From contig OZ024740.1 in assembly GCA_964016885.1 (NCBI GenBank), positions 393,390,001 to 393,454,000 on the forward strand: DNA of 64,000 bases, given 5' to 3'. Source of the DNA: Eledone cirrhosa (lineage: Eukaryota). Positions 23,486 to 36,698 of the stretch are shown one piece after another (positions within the stretch are counted from its first letter, which is position 1; each line of letters opens with the position of its first letter). Under the pieces are notes generated by a model. It made no database searches and had not been told where the DNA came from. It saw only the letters and a list, made by a program, of their open reading frames with translations. The translations under genes and the position numbers were made by a program.

Positions 23486-25623
23486 AAGTTCTTAAGTAAT
23501 CCCATTGATGTATCCCTCCTGTAAACTCTGTTCTGATAAGAACAGAATTAGTAATTGGGTACACAGATATACATCTTTACTTAGGGAGTAAATGGAAGAA
23601 AAATGTGTGAATGTGTGCATACTGGTGAGTGTGCATGTGTGTGCAAATATACATGTCTGTGTATACAGTCGAGAGGAAATCAGTTCCACTGAAAAGTCTG
23701 CAGGCCATGATCCCTGATTTATGAAGAATGCCAAATGAAGCAAAGCTATTTAGATAATCTACTATGAGTAACTGGGATAGATTGATTTGAATCAATGTAG
23801 AATAGTCTGCATTTAAAAACAATCAATGACATTTAGAAGAGGCATATCTGATAAAAAGGAGGCAAGCTGACTGGCTGAGTAGATGTGTAAAGTAGAGATG
23901 TTATAGTGCATTAGCTTAACAGTTACAACTGTAGTAGAGGAAGTGAATATAGTAAGAAGTGCATACATACATTACCTATAACCATTCAAGCAAATGAAAG
24001 AAAGATCTATGTAGTTGATAGACCTGCTAGAAATACCAACCAAATTGATTATGTTACTCACCACTACAATGACCACCAATATTACCATAATATATCTGTG
24101 TGTTTGTTTAGCCTTTTTCTTACCATATTTCTAATGAAATACACTGAATTTGAATTAATAAAAAAGTTTGAAGGTTTCACTAAAATCATCAATTATTTCA
24201 TTAATAAGATGGTATTTGTAGCATAATTTAACAAAGGTGACATCAAATAATATTGGAAAATTTTAATTTAAATAGATGGCTTTGTTTCAGAGGCAAGGTA
24301 GTTTAGGGTGGTTAATAAGTGGAAGCGATATGTTTTAAGATATTTATTTGACCTTGTAAGCACCAATTTGAGACATAAAAGAGAGTCAACAAGTCCAATG
24401 GTGGGAATCAAATCACATATTTATATATGGATTATTTTGTTGGTCACAATAGATATGGAGTTTGAGTGTCATTAGTTAGACTTATTTTTTCTCTCTCAAA
24501 GAGACCCTCATATTGCTTATATATCACATTAAAATCTTAGCTGTTCATTCATAGATATGTTTCACTTGTTAACTATAACTCCATCCTTCCTAAAAGAACA
24601 CACACATATATGTTGTTAATTGTGTTTAATATTAACATTAACTTCTTTCTCTCTCCCCTTCAGAATACAACTACACTCTACAACATGGCAGCAGTTGAGA
24701 TAAGAAGATATGGTGACTTTGAATTCTGAAGAATGAGGAGACTAACATAAATTTCAACATCTATTAGCATCAAGTTATAAACTTTTTCTCAACAATGTTT
24801 GTTTAAACATCAGTTTACACACTCTATTGTAATCAATGTATTCTATGTTACAAATAAAATGAAGCTGTCCTAGACAGCAGGAATCAGGCAACATAGTTGG
24901 CTTAATTCTCAGCTTTAGAGAGTGATTAGGTGGCCAAAATTTAACATACACTTAGATAAATCTAAATTGCCTTCTTGCATCAATAAAATACCAGTTATAT
25001 ACTATGATCATATCAATCAATAATATTATCTTCCAATAAGGAAAAGAAAAAAAATCTGTATATATTAAGACAGAATTATTATAATTATTCAAAATTGTTG
25101 GGCAGTACACAAGACTACAAGACTATATTTTTCAATTAAAACCTATATGACATGACTTTCTAAAAGAATAGTTGTTTTCTCCTAGCTTCCACATAAAACC
25201 TTCAAAAGCCTGCAAAAAGCAGTATTTCTAGGTTGATAAAATAAAGTACCACTCAAATACTGGGGATAATAGAATTAACTGTTTGCTTAGCCCTTAATTG
25301 TTAGATATGTACCTAACTTAGAAATCATTATAGGGTGGTGGTATGGTAGAATCATTAGAGCATCGGACAAAATGCTTTATGGTATTTAGTTATATTTCTT
25401 TACAATTCTAATTCAAATTTCGTCATGGTCAACTTAGTCTTTCATCCTTCTAGGATGGATAAAATAAAGTACTGATCAAACACTTGGTCAATGTAATTGA
25501 CTTATTCCTGAATCCAACACTGGAAAAGGAATAATTAGTGAAAGTTATGACTGTTGAATTACCTATACTATGCTACCAATGTTATGAGAAACAATTGCTA
25601 AAATTCAAATTGTTTTGTTCAGC

Positions 25624-25836
25624 TTAGCCATTTAGCATTCACATTACTCTATATTTTCTAATGTATTTTCACAGAAACGGCATTATCTCACCTAATATCA
25701 AATCTACGAGATTTTGATATTTCTTTTGAGAACAATAACTTAACATCAGTATGAGTGGCCAGCTATGACTTGTTTGAACAGAAAGGGACGAGAGAATTCT
25801 GGCCGGATATGGCTGGTTTAAATGATAAAGGGTTAA
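25624..25836. mobile_element. TTAA-flanked MITE (piggyBac-like)
   Basis: Same body as 33004-33315, with right end taaagggttaa. Confidence 0.7.
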
Positions 25837-26457
25837 ATGCAAACACCATGATTAATTTAAAAGTACAAACATAAATGATCAAATTTGATTCAAAAGCAAA
25901 TGTCAGCTGAAAAGTAAGCAATATGATAGTAACTGCAATCATGAGAGGTAAGTACACAGATTTTTAAATATTCCTTTCTAAGTTGTCTTGGTTGGATTAT
26001 CAGTATTTCGTTAAAGAATTTTTTAAGACAAGGAAGCCTTTTACATAATAAATTGATTACTTAGAAATATCAACCAAATCTCCATTTCATACCCTACCAT
26101 CCTGAATGTGGAGGAGAGTGTATCTGAATAAAATTCTGGGTGATCATTGGCCTGGGGCTAAACAACAAGAACAAATTATAAATAAGAAAAAGAAATGACA
26201 TTTACAGATATTCAACAAGGGGACCGTGATCCTATTGCAGCAGTTCTGTTGATATCATACATTATTTCCTTATGGAACAATGTTGCAAATTTTCATCAAT
26301 ATTCAAATTTAAGTGTTTTTCCGCTATCCAAGTCTTGGATAGAGGAAAAAGGTAGATTGATTAAGTGTGCTCAAAGATAGAGAATCAAAGGCAATATTTC
26401 ATAATCTTTATGAAAATATTTTCTGTTCTAAGAATATTATTATCATTATTATATTAT

Positions 26458-26815
26458 GATGGTGGATTGGCAGTATCGGTGGAGGGTCTGACGCCATGCT
26501 TTCCAGCATAGTTACGTCCCTTTACGGTCTGAGTTCAAATCCTGCCGAGGTTGACTTTGCCTTTCATCCTTACGGGGTCGATAAAATAAAGTACCAGTAA
26601 TGCACTAGGTAATTGCTGGCCTTGTGCCTAAAAGTAGAAACAATTATATTATGATGGTGGATTGGCAGTATTGGTAGAGGATTGGACGTCATGCTTTACA
26701 GCATAGAGTTACGGCCCTTTACGGTCTGAGTTCAAATCCAGGGGTTGATAAAATAAAGCACCAGTAATGCACTGGGATAATTGCTGGCCTTGCAGCAAAA
26801 AGTAGAAACAATTAT
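26458..26815 (+). mobile_element. Tandem pair of family B SINEs
   Basis: Two head-to-tail copies; the second has an internal deletion. Confidence 0.85.
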
Positions 26816-26886
26816 TATATTATGATATTTATTTATCTTTTTTAATTTACAATAGAGGATATTTATAAAATACATAATTTTAAGTA

Positions 26887-26918
<32 letters not shown>

Positions 26919-27098
26919 ATATATATATATATAATATACGATAGTAAACAAATGGAAACTATATTTGTCGAGTGCTTTATATCGGTTATAAAATATTTAC
27001 TTGTTGTAACCCAACAATTTTAAATAAAACTTTTGCATATATATATATATAATATATATATATATATAATATATATATATATATATGCAAGTGTATGT

Positions 27099-27480
27099 GT
27101 CAGGTCCCTCATGAGTGTTACTGGTAACCCAGTACAACCTGTTGCATGGTTACATTGTCAGCAACTAAACTGGCAACCCCATCAAGCTACCTTGGTGAGG
27201 AGGAGGAGGAAACAAACTAAACCTGTCAAAGGGTGGAGGAATTGATAAGAGTCAACAGCCATCCAAAAATTTACTAGAAGTGGGAAACTGGTAGAAAATC
27301 TGAAAATGAATCAGTTGCTGGTCGTCCCAACCTATGGGCCATTGTCACTATAGTCAAATTCACACACAAGAACTTCATAGATCTTGAATGGATAACAAAC
27401 TACGTTTAATTCAAAAGACTTGTGCTGATGAGGACAGCTGTGATGTGTACAGGCCTAACAATATTGGAAGTACTTCCACT
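27099..27480 (+). mobile_element. RTE-like 5' UTR fragment with HDV-like motif
   Basis: The first ~200 bp are homologous to 45860-46069 (-): ctaaactggcaacccc, cctgtcaaaggg and taagagtcaa..gccatccaaaa. Confidence 0.55.
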
Positions 27481-27481
27481 G

Positions 27482-27770
27482 TATAAATATATATATATAC
27501 ACACACACACAACACACATGCATATATACATATGCACTCACACACACACAAACACATATACATATATATATACTCACACACACACATACATATATATACA
27601 TATGTACTCACACACACACACATATATATACATATGTACTCACACACACACACATATATATACATATGTACTCACACACACACACACATATATATACATA
27701 TGTACTCACACACACACATATATATATATACATATGTACTCACGCACACACATATATATACATATGTACT

Positions 27771-27802
<32 letters not shown>

Positions 27803-27872
27803 CATATGTACTCACACACACACATATATATACATATGTACTCACACACACATATATATACATATGTACTCG

Positions 27873-27905
<33 letters not shown>
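27482..27905. repeat. Minisatellite, unit ~ (TA)nCATATGTACT(CA)n
   Basis: About nine units of ~30 bp, each with a CATATGTACT core. Confidence 0.9.
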
Positions 27906-28065
27906 TTGAAAAACAGGAAAAGAATGACTTCACTTGTAGTGTTAAATAATTTGATTTAATTTTATATTATAATATTATGACCAACTCATAATATTATATT
28001 ATAAAATTAAATCAAATTATTTAACACTACAAGTGAAGTCATTCTTTTCCTTTTTTTCAAATATA
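27901..28065. repeat. ~80-bp-arm inverted repeat (foldback)
   Basis: tatatttgaaaaacaggaaaagaatgacttcacttgtagtgttaaataatttgatttaattttata is mirrored by its reverse complement, with a short spacer near 27981. Confidence 0.9.
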
Positions 28066-28094
28066 CCTAACTGTACCAAGGATCTCACACATTT

Positions 28095-28146
<52 letters not shown>

Positions 28147-28219
28147 TTATATATATATATTTATCTTTATCGAGCTCTCTTTGGATTTTAGTCTTCAAAT
28201 TTATTATTATTACTATATA

Positions 28220-28910
28220 TCATCATCATCAACGTTTAACGTCCGTGTTCCACGCTTGCATGTGTTTGGACGGGGGTATTCCCACTTGAGGCAAGAGTGA
28301 TTGTCTTGCTCGCATAGGACTGTCTGGCAGGTTTTCTACAGTTGGATGCCCTTCCTAACACCAACCACATTTACAGTGTGGGACTGGGAGGTTTTTACCG
28401 TGTTGCCTACACGGCCACATTACAGCGTGGACTGTGTGTTTTTTTGTCGTGACACCTACACGAACTCATTTGTTTCGGCCTGGATGTTGTGGCACCAACA
28501 TAACTTTACATAGGAGGGGGTGGTGTGGATGGGGGTGTGGGTGGTGGGACGGGGATGTATTTTGTTAGAGATGCCTACTGGCTGTAGTAGGTTTTACTAT
28601 GTATTTAGGTAAGGCGGGTCTTCTCTATTACTGAGTACCGCCAAAGGTCTCGGTCCAGTGACATTGTCTCGGAGAGGTGTAAGTGTGTGAGGTCGGAGTT
28701 TATCAGCTCGTCCCAGGATTTTCTAGGTCTGCCTACTCCGTGGCTACCGTCTATCTTTATTGCCCTGCACTTTGTTATACAGCTATCGACTTTCATGCGC
28801 ATCACGTGTCCGTACCAACGTAGCCTTCTCTCGAGTAAACAACATCTGATCCCTCTTATTTCTAATTTTTTCCTTAGTTCGTTTATGCTTTGCCGTTCAC
28901 GTATATTACT
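28220..28910 (-). mobile_element. RTE 3' fragment (5'-truncated)
   Basis: ORF 28605-28943: RERQSINELRKKLEIRGIRCCLLERRLRWYGHVMR. Same subfamily as 56234-57250. Confidence 0.9.
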
Positions 28911-29014
28911 ATTATATATATATATATATATACGGGGTAACAAATAATAGTTAAATGCAGTTCACTTAGGTAAAGTCCAGTTATGGTATTCCAGGTAGTG
29001 GATGATATTAACGC

Positions 29015-29674
29015 TTGGCTAACATAGAATCACACATACGCAAGATCAACCATAGAAATATCTCTAGTAAATCAACTGCACCTATACATAACGTAGCACC
29101 GAATTATAAGCACAAACACATCACAACATCACAACCACAAGCGCATACAAACGCGCAGCAGCAAAACCCCATTGGGCATATATCACAACCCACTTATAAC
29201 AGAGTACTAAACAGGAATGTAAAAGCTGCACAAAATAGCGCCTCAAACTGTAACTGTCACCTACCAGATTGGTGCCCATTGGCGAACAGATGTCTCGATT
29301 CGAGCCTAGTGTACATGTGCACGGTCATCTCGGGTAACTCCACCTGGAATTACATAGGATCCACTGCGGGTTCTTTTAAAAAAAGATGGTATGTGCACAG
29401 ACACTCAATGAAAAACCGTGCACTTATGGGTTCCACAACCCTCGCCAAAAAAATATGGGAACTGAAGGACAGCAACACCAACTACAGCATCAACTGGTCG
29501 AAGTTGTCGGCTGCTAAAACCTATAGTACAGGGATGTCCCACTGCGGGCTATGTGATCTTGAGCTATTGTATATCCTCAAAAATGTAAAAAGGCTACTTA
29601 ACAATAAGTTAGAAAGATCTATCTTCTGCAGACATAGAATTGCCACTAAATTCATAAGATTCAAACCTCCGTGA
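29015..29674 (+). CDS. PLE C-terminal GIY-YIG endonuclease fragment
   Basis: CNC..CPL..C..LVYMC..NYIGSTAGSFKKRWYVH...CGLCDLE..LLNNKLE..CRH. This is the GIY-YIG signature with a Cys-rich linker; the start is truncated. Confidence 0.8.
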   Translation: MANIESHIRKINHRNISSKSTAPIHNVAPNYKHKHITTSQPQAHTNAQQQNPIGHISQPTYNRVLNRNVKAAQNSASNCNCHLPDWCPLANRCLDSSLVYMCTVISGNSTWNYIGSTAGSFKKRWYVHRHSMKNRALMGSTTLAKKIWELKDSNTNYSINWSKLSAAKTYSTGMSHCGLCDLELLYILKNVKRLLNNKLERSIFCRHRIATKFIRFKPP

Positions 29675-29987
29675 ATCGAACCAACACAACATAGCTTTAA
29701 ATTAGGATACCTACTACCCACAGAAATATATTCATTAAGTATACTATATCCTTCACAAGTCTATACCACACAAATGTCTGTAAGTACCTCATCTACCCAC
29801 AAACTTATTCCTTCTCAGCTGCTGCCATCATTTGATCCTAAATCCTAGTTTTTCTCAAATCACTACTACAATGTAACTTTACCTTCCTTTTGCCATAATT
29901 ACAATTAGCACGCTTATCTCTTTGCATGTATGTATATTTTTGTACGAGTGTATATTGATGTGTATGTATGTGTCTATGTACACATGC

Positions 29988-30093
<106 letters not shown>

Positions 30094-30471
30094 ATATGCG
30101 TATATTACTTCGTTAACCTCTGTATTAACTCAACAACTATTTAGCTTTGACAGTGTTGTCCCACTCATGTATACTATTGAAGATGAAGAGAAAGACTATA
30201 AACACTGGCTTATCTTTATAATTTAAAATTGATATACACTTCGATACTCTGTACATGCCAAACTCTTACTTAAGCCTCATGACAGCTAGTTTTACACGCC
30301 GTAACGTTAGATACATTATACCCCCCACCTAAGTAATGTCAGGGTCTCCTTAAATAATTTATTAATAGCATTGTTGTAATTGTTGTTATTGTTCTAATTG
30401 AATGCCATTACTACTTCATATAGTAGCCTGTATATTCTTTTCTTGCCTGTGTATTTTCTTCATTCTCGCAT

Positions 30472-30577
30472 GCTCCGAAGATCTGACTGGTTATAATTTT
30501 GTATTGGTGATCGAGTAACGCGAAAATAAGCGAATAGCGATCTCTAGCCCTACCAGTTCAGAGAAACAATTGTCAGC
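30472..30577 (+). ncRNA. Type I hammerhead ribozyme variant in PLE 3' region
   Basis: Stem I GCT/AGC; CCGAAGA (U4C variant); stem II TCTGACTGG/CCAGTTCAGA; GAAA 30563-30566; palindromic stem III ACAATTGT; GTC triplet. Confidence 0.7.
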
Positions 30578-30633
30578 TATGAGATTAAAAACCTTTTTTG
30601 TATAGCAAATCATGTCAACTTTCTTTCCTGATT

Positions 30634-30680
<47 letters not shown>

Positions 30681-30927
30681 GCATTATTAAAATTATAGTT
30701 TCTTCTTTTATAATAGAACATTCATAAAATGACATGTTCACTTATACAGACAATATCAATAATAATAACAAATATACTACCACCACCAGTAACAACACCA
30801 ACGCCAACCATTATTTGTTTTATTGAAATAATTATTTCTTTTATGGCAAGAATGATTTTTTTTCAGTTCAATCTGGGTTTTTGGTTCAATTAAAATCTTG
30901 ATCCATAGTGAAAGAAATATCAAAGCC

Positions 30928-30964
30928 AAGTAATAGTAGTAGTAGTAGTAGTAGCAGTAGTATT

Positions 30965-31004
<40 letters not shown>

Positions 31005-31040
31005 ATAGCAGCAGTAGTAGTAGTAGCAGCAGCAGTAGCA
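30928..31040. repeat. (AGT)n/(AGC)n trinucleotide repeat
   Basis: Directly visible. Confidence 0.9.
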
Positions 31041-31914
31041 TGTAGGAAATGTGTTGAGAGCTGTAGCATGAATGATGATGATGATGATGACAATAACTAT
31101 GTCAACCTCTACTGAAACGGTAGATAATTCTTATTCTATGTCTAAATTTTTAATTCAATTTTCATTTCATTTACATATTTATTTATTCTACATTTTCCAA
31201 AGCTTCATTTAATTTTATATTTATTTATTTGCAAAAATCAAAACCATCCAATCATGTTATTGTAAATTAATCTAGAATGAACATTAGGAAAAATAGATAA
31301 ATTGAAAAATAGCGAAAGTATTCTAAATGTAAAAAAAATAAAAGTTGAAAAAAATCAAATACAATATTCTTAAAATAAAAAAGAAACAATGCAGTATAAG
31401 AAAGACCTTCCTGCCCCACTGATCATCCAATTGATATTTATTTTCTTTATATTTTTGTGATAAGTAGTACTGGTGAGTTGCAAAAAATCGATAAAGTGTC
31501 CGACAAAATAATTTGTAGTATTTAATTGTGTCTTTTTACATTCTGGGTTCAAACTCTGTTCGATGTGATAGAATAAAGTATCAATCAAGTACTGAAAATG
31601 ATGTGTTGATTTAATAATCCCACTCCCAACGCACTTTAATTTGTGACATTGTGCTTCTCTCAGACATCGATTCAGTTATTGATGTTGCATGCTGGATGAT
31701 ATATTGATAAACATTTTCCCTAATCAATTATACCTCCTCTGTTGAGTCAAAAATCTAATTCCTCAAGTAAATGCTCAGATTCTAATATTAGATTCATCAA
31801 TATACAAATAATGAAGCTTGAGCAAGGTTTTTCACTATCATTTTACTTTATAGTTCTGATACATTTCTACAGAAATGTATCAGAACTATAAAGCAATGAT
31901 CACTAAAGAAAAAC

Positions 31915-32480
31915 TTTCCATAGAACAGTTGACAGCTTCTGTTACCTGTGTGATCAAATTAGCAATGGGGGTGGGTGGGTGTTCTGAAAGTACAGTAGCC
32001 AGAGTGAAATTGAGATGGAGAAAGCTCAGGGAGATACTACTGCAGCTAGCTACAACAAGTTTTTTACTTAAAAAAGATTGTATGATGTGTGTATATGAAC
32101 TACAATGCTATATGGTAGTGAGACCTCAGTACTGTGTGCAGAAGACCTATGAAGATTGGAAAGAAATGAAGCTTGCATGCTCCAATGTCTGTGTAATACA
32201 TGAACAGCTTAGCATGAATGAACTGAGAAAGAATCTGGGTATTAGAGGGATCAGATGCAGTGTGCAGGAGTGGATATTGCGATGGTATGGACATGTGATG
32301 TGTATGAAGGATGGCACTTGCATAAAAAGGTGCAGGGCGCTCAAAGTTGATGGAATAGCAAGACCTAGGAAAGCTTGAGGTGAATAAAGCTGATCTCATA
32401 ATTACACCTTTCAAAGGTGATGAAACAAGATCGAGATCAGTGGTGTTATGCAGCACTGCAGAAGACCTGCCTTCCTATGT
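31915..32480 (+). mobile_element. Degraded RTE 3' fragment
   Basis: GGCSESTVARV..WRKLRE and LGIRGIRCSVQEWILRWYGHVM. Confidence 0.8.
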
Positions 32481-33003
32481 GCACAGGATGAAGCAACATC
32501 TAGTAGTTTCTAGTATGCACTACTCCCCACCTCCTTTCATACAGTACTGCAGAAGATGCACCTTCTCATGTGCATGGGATAAAGCAACATTTAGTGGTCT
32601 CTAATATGTACCATGCATTCCCAGACCTTAACACTCCACCTTTCCCCATTGATACTCTATATTGGTATCAGTATTTCTAGTGATGTGGCCAACTTCTTTA
32701 TGGTATGGTGGGACAGAAGACTCAAGGAATAGCTCAAAGAGAACTCAATAACATTGACTAAGTACTCCAGTTATATAGATGGCATCAATATATAACCCTA
32801 CCCTAACCCAACAAGATAATAGTCAAGAGTTAGAATGTAACACCATGGAATGCATGTGCAGTTCAGGTGCACCACTCATAGAGAGAAGATGGTGTAAAAT
32901 AGAACAATGAAGGGACACTAAGTCAAAATTTAGTCATTATAGAGATCACAGAATGTGTGATGAAAGAGCTTAGACAATTAATAACTGAACAACCTTTCAG
33001 TTA

Positions 33004-33315
33004 TTAACCCTTTAGCATTTACATTACTCTATATTTACTATTGTATTTTCACAGAAAACGCTTTACCTCACACAATTATCTCACATAATATCGAATCTAT
33101 GAGATTTTGGTATTATTCATCCTTACAGGATCGATAAAATAAAATACCAGTAATACATTGGGTAATTGCTGGCCTTGTGCCAAAAGTAGAAACAATTATT
33201 TATTTTGAGAACAATACCTTAAAGTAAGCATGAGGAGCCAGTTATTGCTGGTTTGAACAGAAAGAGGTGAGAGAATTCTGGCCGGATACGGCCAGTTTAA
33301 ATGTTAAAGGGTTAA
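33004..33315. mobile_element. TTAA-flanked MITE (piggyBac-like) carrying a nested SINE B 3' fragment
   Basis: TIRs ttaaccctttagcattta / taaatgttaaagggttaa, with a SINE piece at ~33117-33199. Confidence 0.8.
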
Positions 33316-33888
33316 ACTAACCTATGGAAAATTAGAATAACAAACTGAAGTGAAACTCAACTGGTGTGTGTGTGTTTTTATTGGCAGAATACCACGCCCC
33401 CCCACCCCCACTTCTCTAGATTATAGCAATACACACATACATATATAGATGCATGCAAGAAGTGAATTTTCAGAATGCTTGGTGGGATTTGTTCTGTGTT
33501 TTCTAAGTTCAAATCAACATTGTCTATCATCTTTTCAGATTTGAGAAATAAAATATCAGTTCAGTACTGGAGTTGATTCTTATTCTCTTTCATGTTACCT
33601 TTTTCTTATTCTCTGATGGACTTCACTATGTTTACAAATGCCCAAGAAAAGCTGGTACACACCCCCATGACTCCTTCAGGTGACAAAAGCTCAATAAATG
33701 AATATATACATATACATGAGAGGTGACTTTTACAGGACTAGTTCTGTTTTGTTTAGTGGTGAATAGAACAAGTTGTCAAAGATCATCTCTCAATAAAACA
33801 AAATAACGTATCCTCTTTATCTAAAGTTTTGAATACTTTATACACATACATATGTATGTATACAAACACACACACATATAAGTATATA

Positions 33889-34078
33889 TCATCATCATCA
33901 TCATCATCATCACCGTTTTACGTCCGTTCTTCCACGCTAGCATGGGTTAGACGGGTTGTCCTGTTGTGGGCAGTGTCTGGTCGGCTGACCATGTCTTGCT
34001 CATACAGGAACTGATTTGGCTTGATTTCTACAGCTGGATGCCCTTCCTAACACCAACCTCATTTACAGTGAGTGCTGA
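33889..34078 (-). mobile_element. RTE/SINE-A 3' tail fragment
   Basis: Reverse complement of 1810-1990. Confidence 0.85.
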
Positions 34079-34079
34079 T

Positions 34080-34124
<45 letters not shown>

Positions 34125-35004
34125 TACATTCATATGCACTCACATGCACAACCATGGACAATTTTGCTATGTGTATCTGTGTGCATGTGTATATATATAT
34201 ATATATAAATATAAATACAAGGATACATAACAGACATAGATACATATATAAATACAAATACACACACATACACATCAATTAAATGTGAACTGACAGTGCA
34301 GTGAAGGCAGTTAAAGATATAACTTTGCCTAATGAGTAAATTCCAATTCCTTAACAATTTACAGAAGTGATGGCATTATCAATATCAAGTCTGATTAGTG
34401 TGATTAGTGTCAAAATGGCTAATTAATTTGTAAAACACATCTGAACACTGATTAAGTGTAGCAACAGTGAACCTGTTCTGACTTGAATGAAGTTAGTGGT
34501 GTCTTAAGTTATTATTATGCAGTCATTCACACACACACACAACTATTATTTATTTACTAGTACCAATAAATAGAGTCAATTGCTTGACCCTTTGTTAATC
34601 AGAGGTATATATCAAAGAATGATCATCCTTATTGATTTTTGGTTGCATGGAACTATTAATTATATCAATCTTTTCCCATTTCAAGTTCTTGAATGGTACC
34701 TATTTTATTATCCCTGGAAGGATGAAAGCAAAGTCACCTCTGTGGGATTTGAACAGGACCATAGCTAAATGCTATTTTGGTTGACGTTCTAATTCTACAA
34801 ATTCGCTTACCTCACTTCCACACACACATATATTATTGATACATACATACACATTCATCCAAAAATTTTTCAGATAGTCAAATGTTTCAATATGTAGCTG
34901 GAGACATATATATATATAAACCTCACTAACAGGCTAATTTCTTTAGTCAAATATGGCGAAAGCTTCTATTTGCACTAAACTTCAAAATGCTTGCTTTGTC
35001 ATAC

Positions 35005-35049
<45 letters not shown>

Positions 35050-35053
<4 letters not shown>

Positions 35054-35381
35054 CATATGGCTTAGTGGTTAGAGCATTGGCCTTGCAATCGAAAGGTTGT
35101 GAGTTCAATTCTCAGACCGGGTGATATGTTGTTTCCTTGAGCAAGACACTTTATTTCACATTGCTCCAGTTTACTCAGCTGTAGAAATGAGATGATACGG
35201 ACTGGGGTCCATATCATTCCACTGCAAAGTGGTCGTGGAGGTGCCACGGAAAAAAAGCACCCAGCACTCACTGTAAATGAGGTTGGTGTTAGGAAGGGCA
35301 TCCAGCTGTAGAAATCAAGCCAGAATCAGTTCCCGTCCCACCCTTGCAAGCAGGGAAAAGCGGACGTATGATGATGATGAT
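35050..35381 (+). mobile_element. SINE family A
   Basis: Near-identical to 12743-13085. Preceded by (GA)n and ends in (GAT)n. Confidence 0.9.
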
Positions 35382-35699
35382 ATATATATATATAATAAAT
35401 GTAATCAAAGTTTTTTGAATATTAATAATAATATTCGATTTGTTTGCAATTATGCAAACAACCTCTTGTTTAGATTACATATAATAATATACTCCTCAAT
35501 CTTTTAAAACCATTATGTTAAAAATAAATATTACTGTGGCATTTAGTTACACTAAAATCTTTCTGAAATATTTCTGGAAATAACTTTATTTGTCATGTCC
35601 TAAGGTTGATAAAATAAATAAAATACTTGTGGTGATCTATCTCCCAACACTGCAAATGTTTAGTTATGTGCAAATGTAAAAAAAAGTCATTATTCAAAT

Positions 35700-36200
35700 A
35701 GTTGAGGATGGCAGAATTAGTAGAGTAGTGAATAGAATGTCTTGTGATATTTATGTTCATTTAGATTCTGAAATCAAATCTGAGATCAATTTTGCCTTTC
35801 ATCCTTCTGAAGTTAATAAAATAAAGTAGCAATTAAGTACTGTGGTTAATTTAATAAACTATCTTTCCAGCCCTAGCATATGTTAAAAATTATTAGGATA
35901 GTATATCAGTAGTGAACTAGGTTTGATTTAATTGACTTTCCCCTCCCCTTCAAATTGCTGACCTTGTGCCTAAAGTAGAAACAATTATTACTATTAGTGT
36001 TGAGGGTGCTGGATTGGCAGAATAGTTAGAGTGTTGGACAAAATGCATTGAGGCATTTAGTTATGACCCTTTACATTCTGAGTTCAAATCCTCCCAAGGT
36101 CAACGTTGCCTTCTATTCTTGTGAAATACTGGGGCCGATGCAATTGACTTTTTTCTCCTTTAACCTTCTAGCTTCTGCCTAAATTAGAAATTATTATTAT
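35700..36200 (+). mobile_element. Cluster of old family B SINE copies
   Basis: Degenerate gcctttcatcctt and gagttcaaatc motifs. Confidence 0.6.
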
Positions 36201-36554
36201 TATTATTAATGCTGAAACAGTAGTTTTACTTTCTAATTTCAAACCCTGCTAAAGTTTATTTATTCTATTTTAGATATTCTGACATTGATCCAATAAATAT
36301 CAATCATTTTCTGTTTCACATTTATGTCCACTTTTCCCGTGTTTCTAGGCCAGAAGCCCTTTGTAACACCAAACATTTTAGTTGATTTTTACAACATGCA
36401 AGGATACATAGTCTAAAAATACGAAAATCATACATGGATATTAATAGAATCCCAATATATCTCTTGCTTACACATATTCTTTGATATCTTGTGTTTATGG
36501 CAGAAAACATTATTATTTTTAGCATTTTAGAATCACCAAAGTCTATATTTTTGT

Positions 36555-36698
36555 TCCAGCATAGTTACGTCCCTTTACGATCTGAGTTCAAATCCCGCCG
36601 AGGTTGACTTTGCCTTTCATCCTTACGGGGTCGATAAAATAAAGTACCAGTAATGCACTGGGTAATTGCTGGCCTTGTGCCTAATGTAGAAACAATTA
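36555..36698 (+). mobile_element. SINE family B, 5'-truncated
   Basis: Matches the 3' part of 13358-13546. Confidence 0.85.

Noticed and set aside
26960-26990. GAAAC...GTC hammerhead half
   Set aside because: No CTGANGA box or stems.
27425-27470. CTGATGA box
   Set aside because: No downstream GAAA box or compatible stems.
27482-27905. CRISPR-like regularly spaced repeats
   Set aside because: The spacers are just variable (CA)/(TA) runs, the context is eukaryotic and there are no cas genes; this is a minisatellite.
30928-31040. PolyQ/polyS coding repeat
   Set aside because: No surrounding ORF or splice signals.
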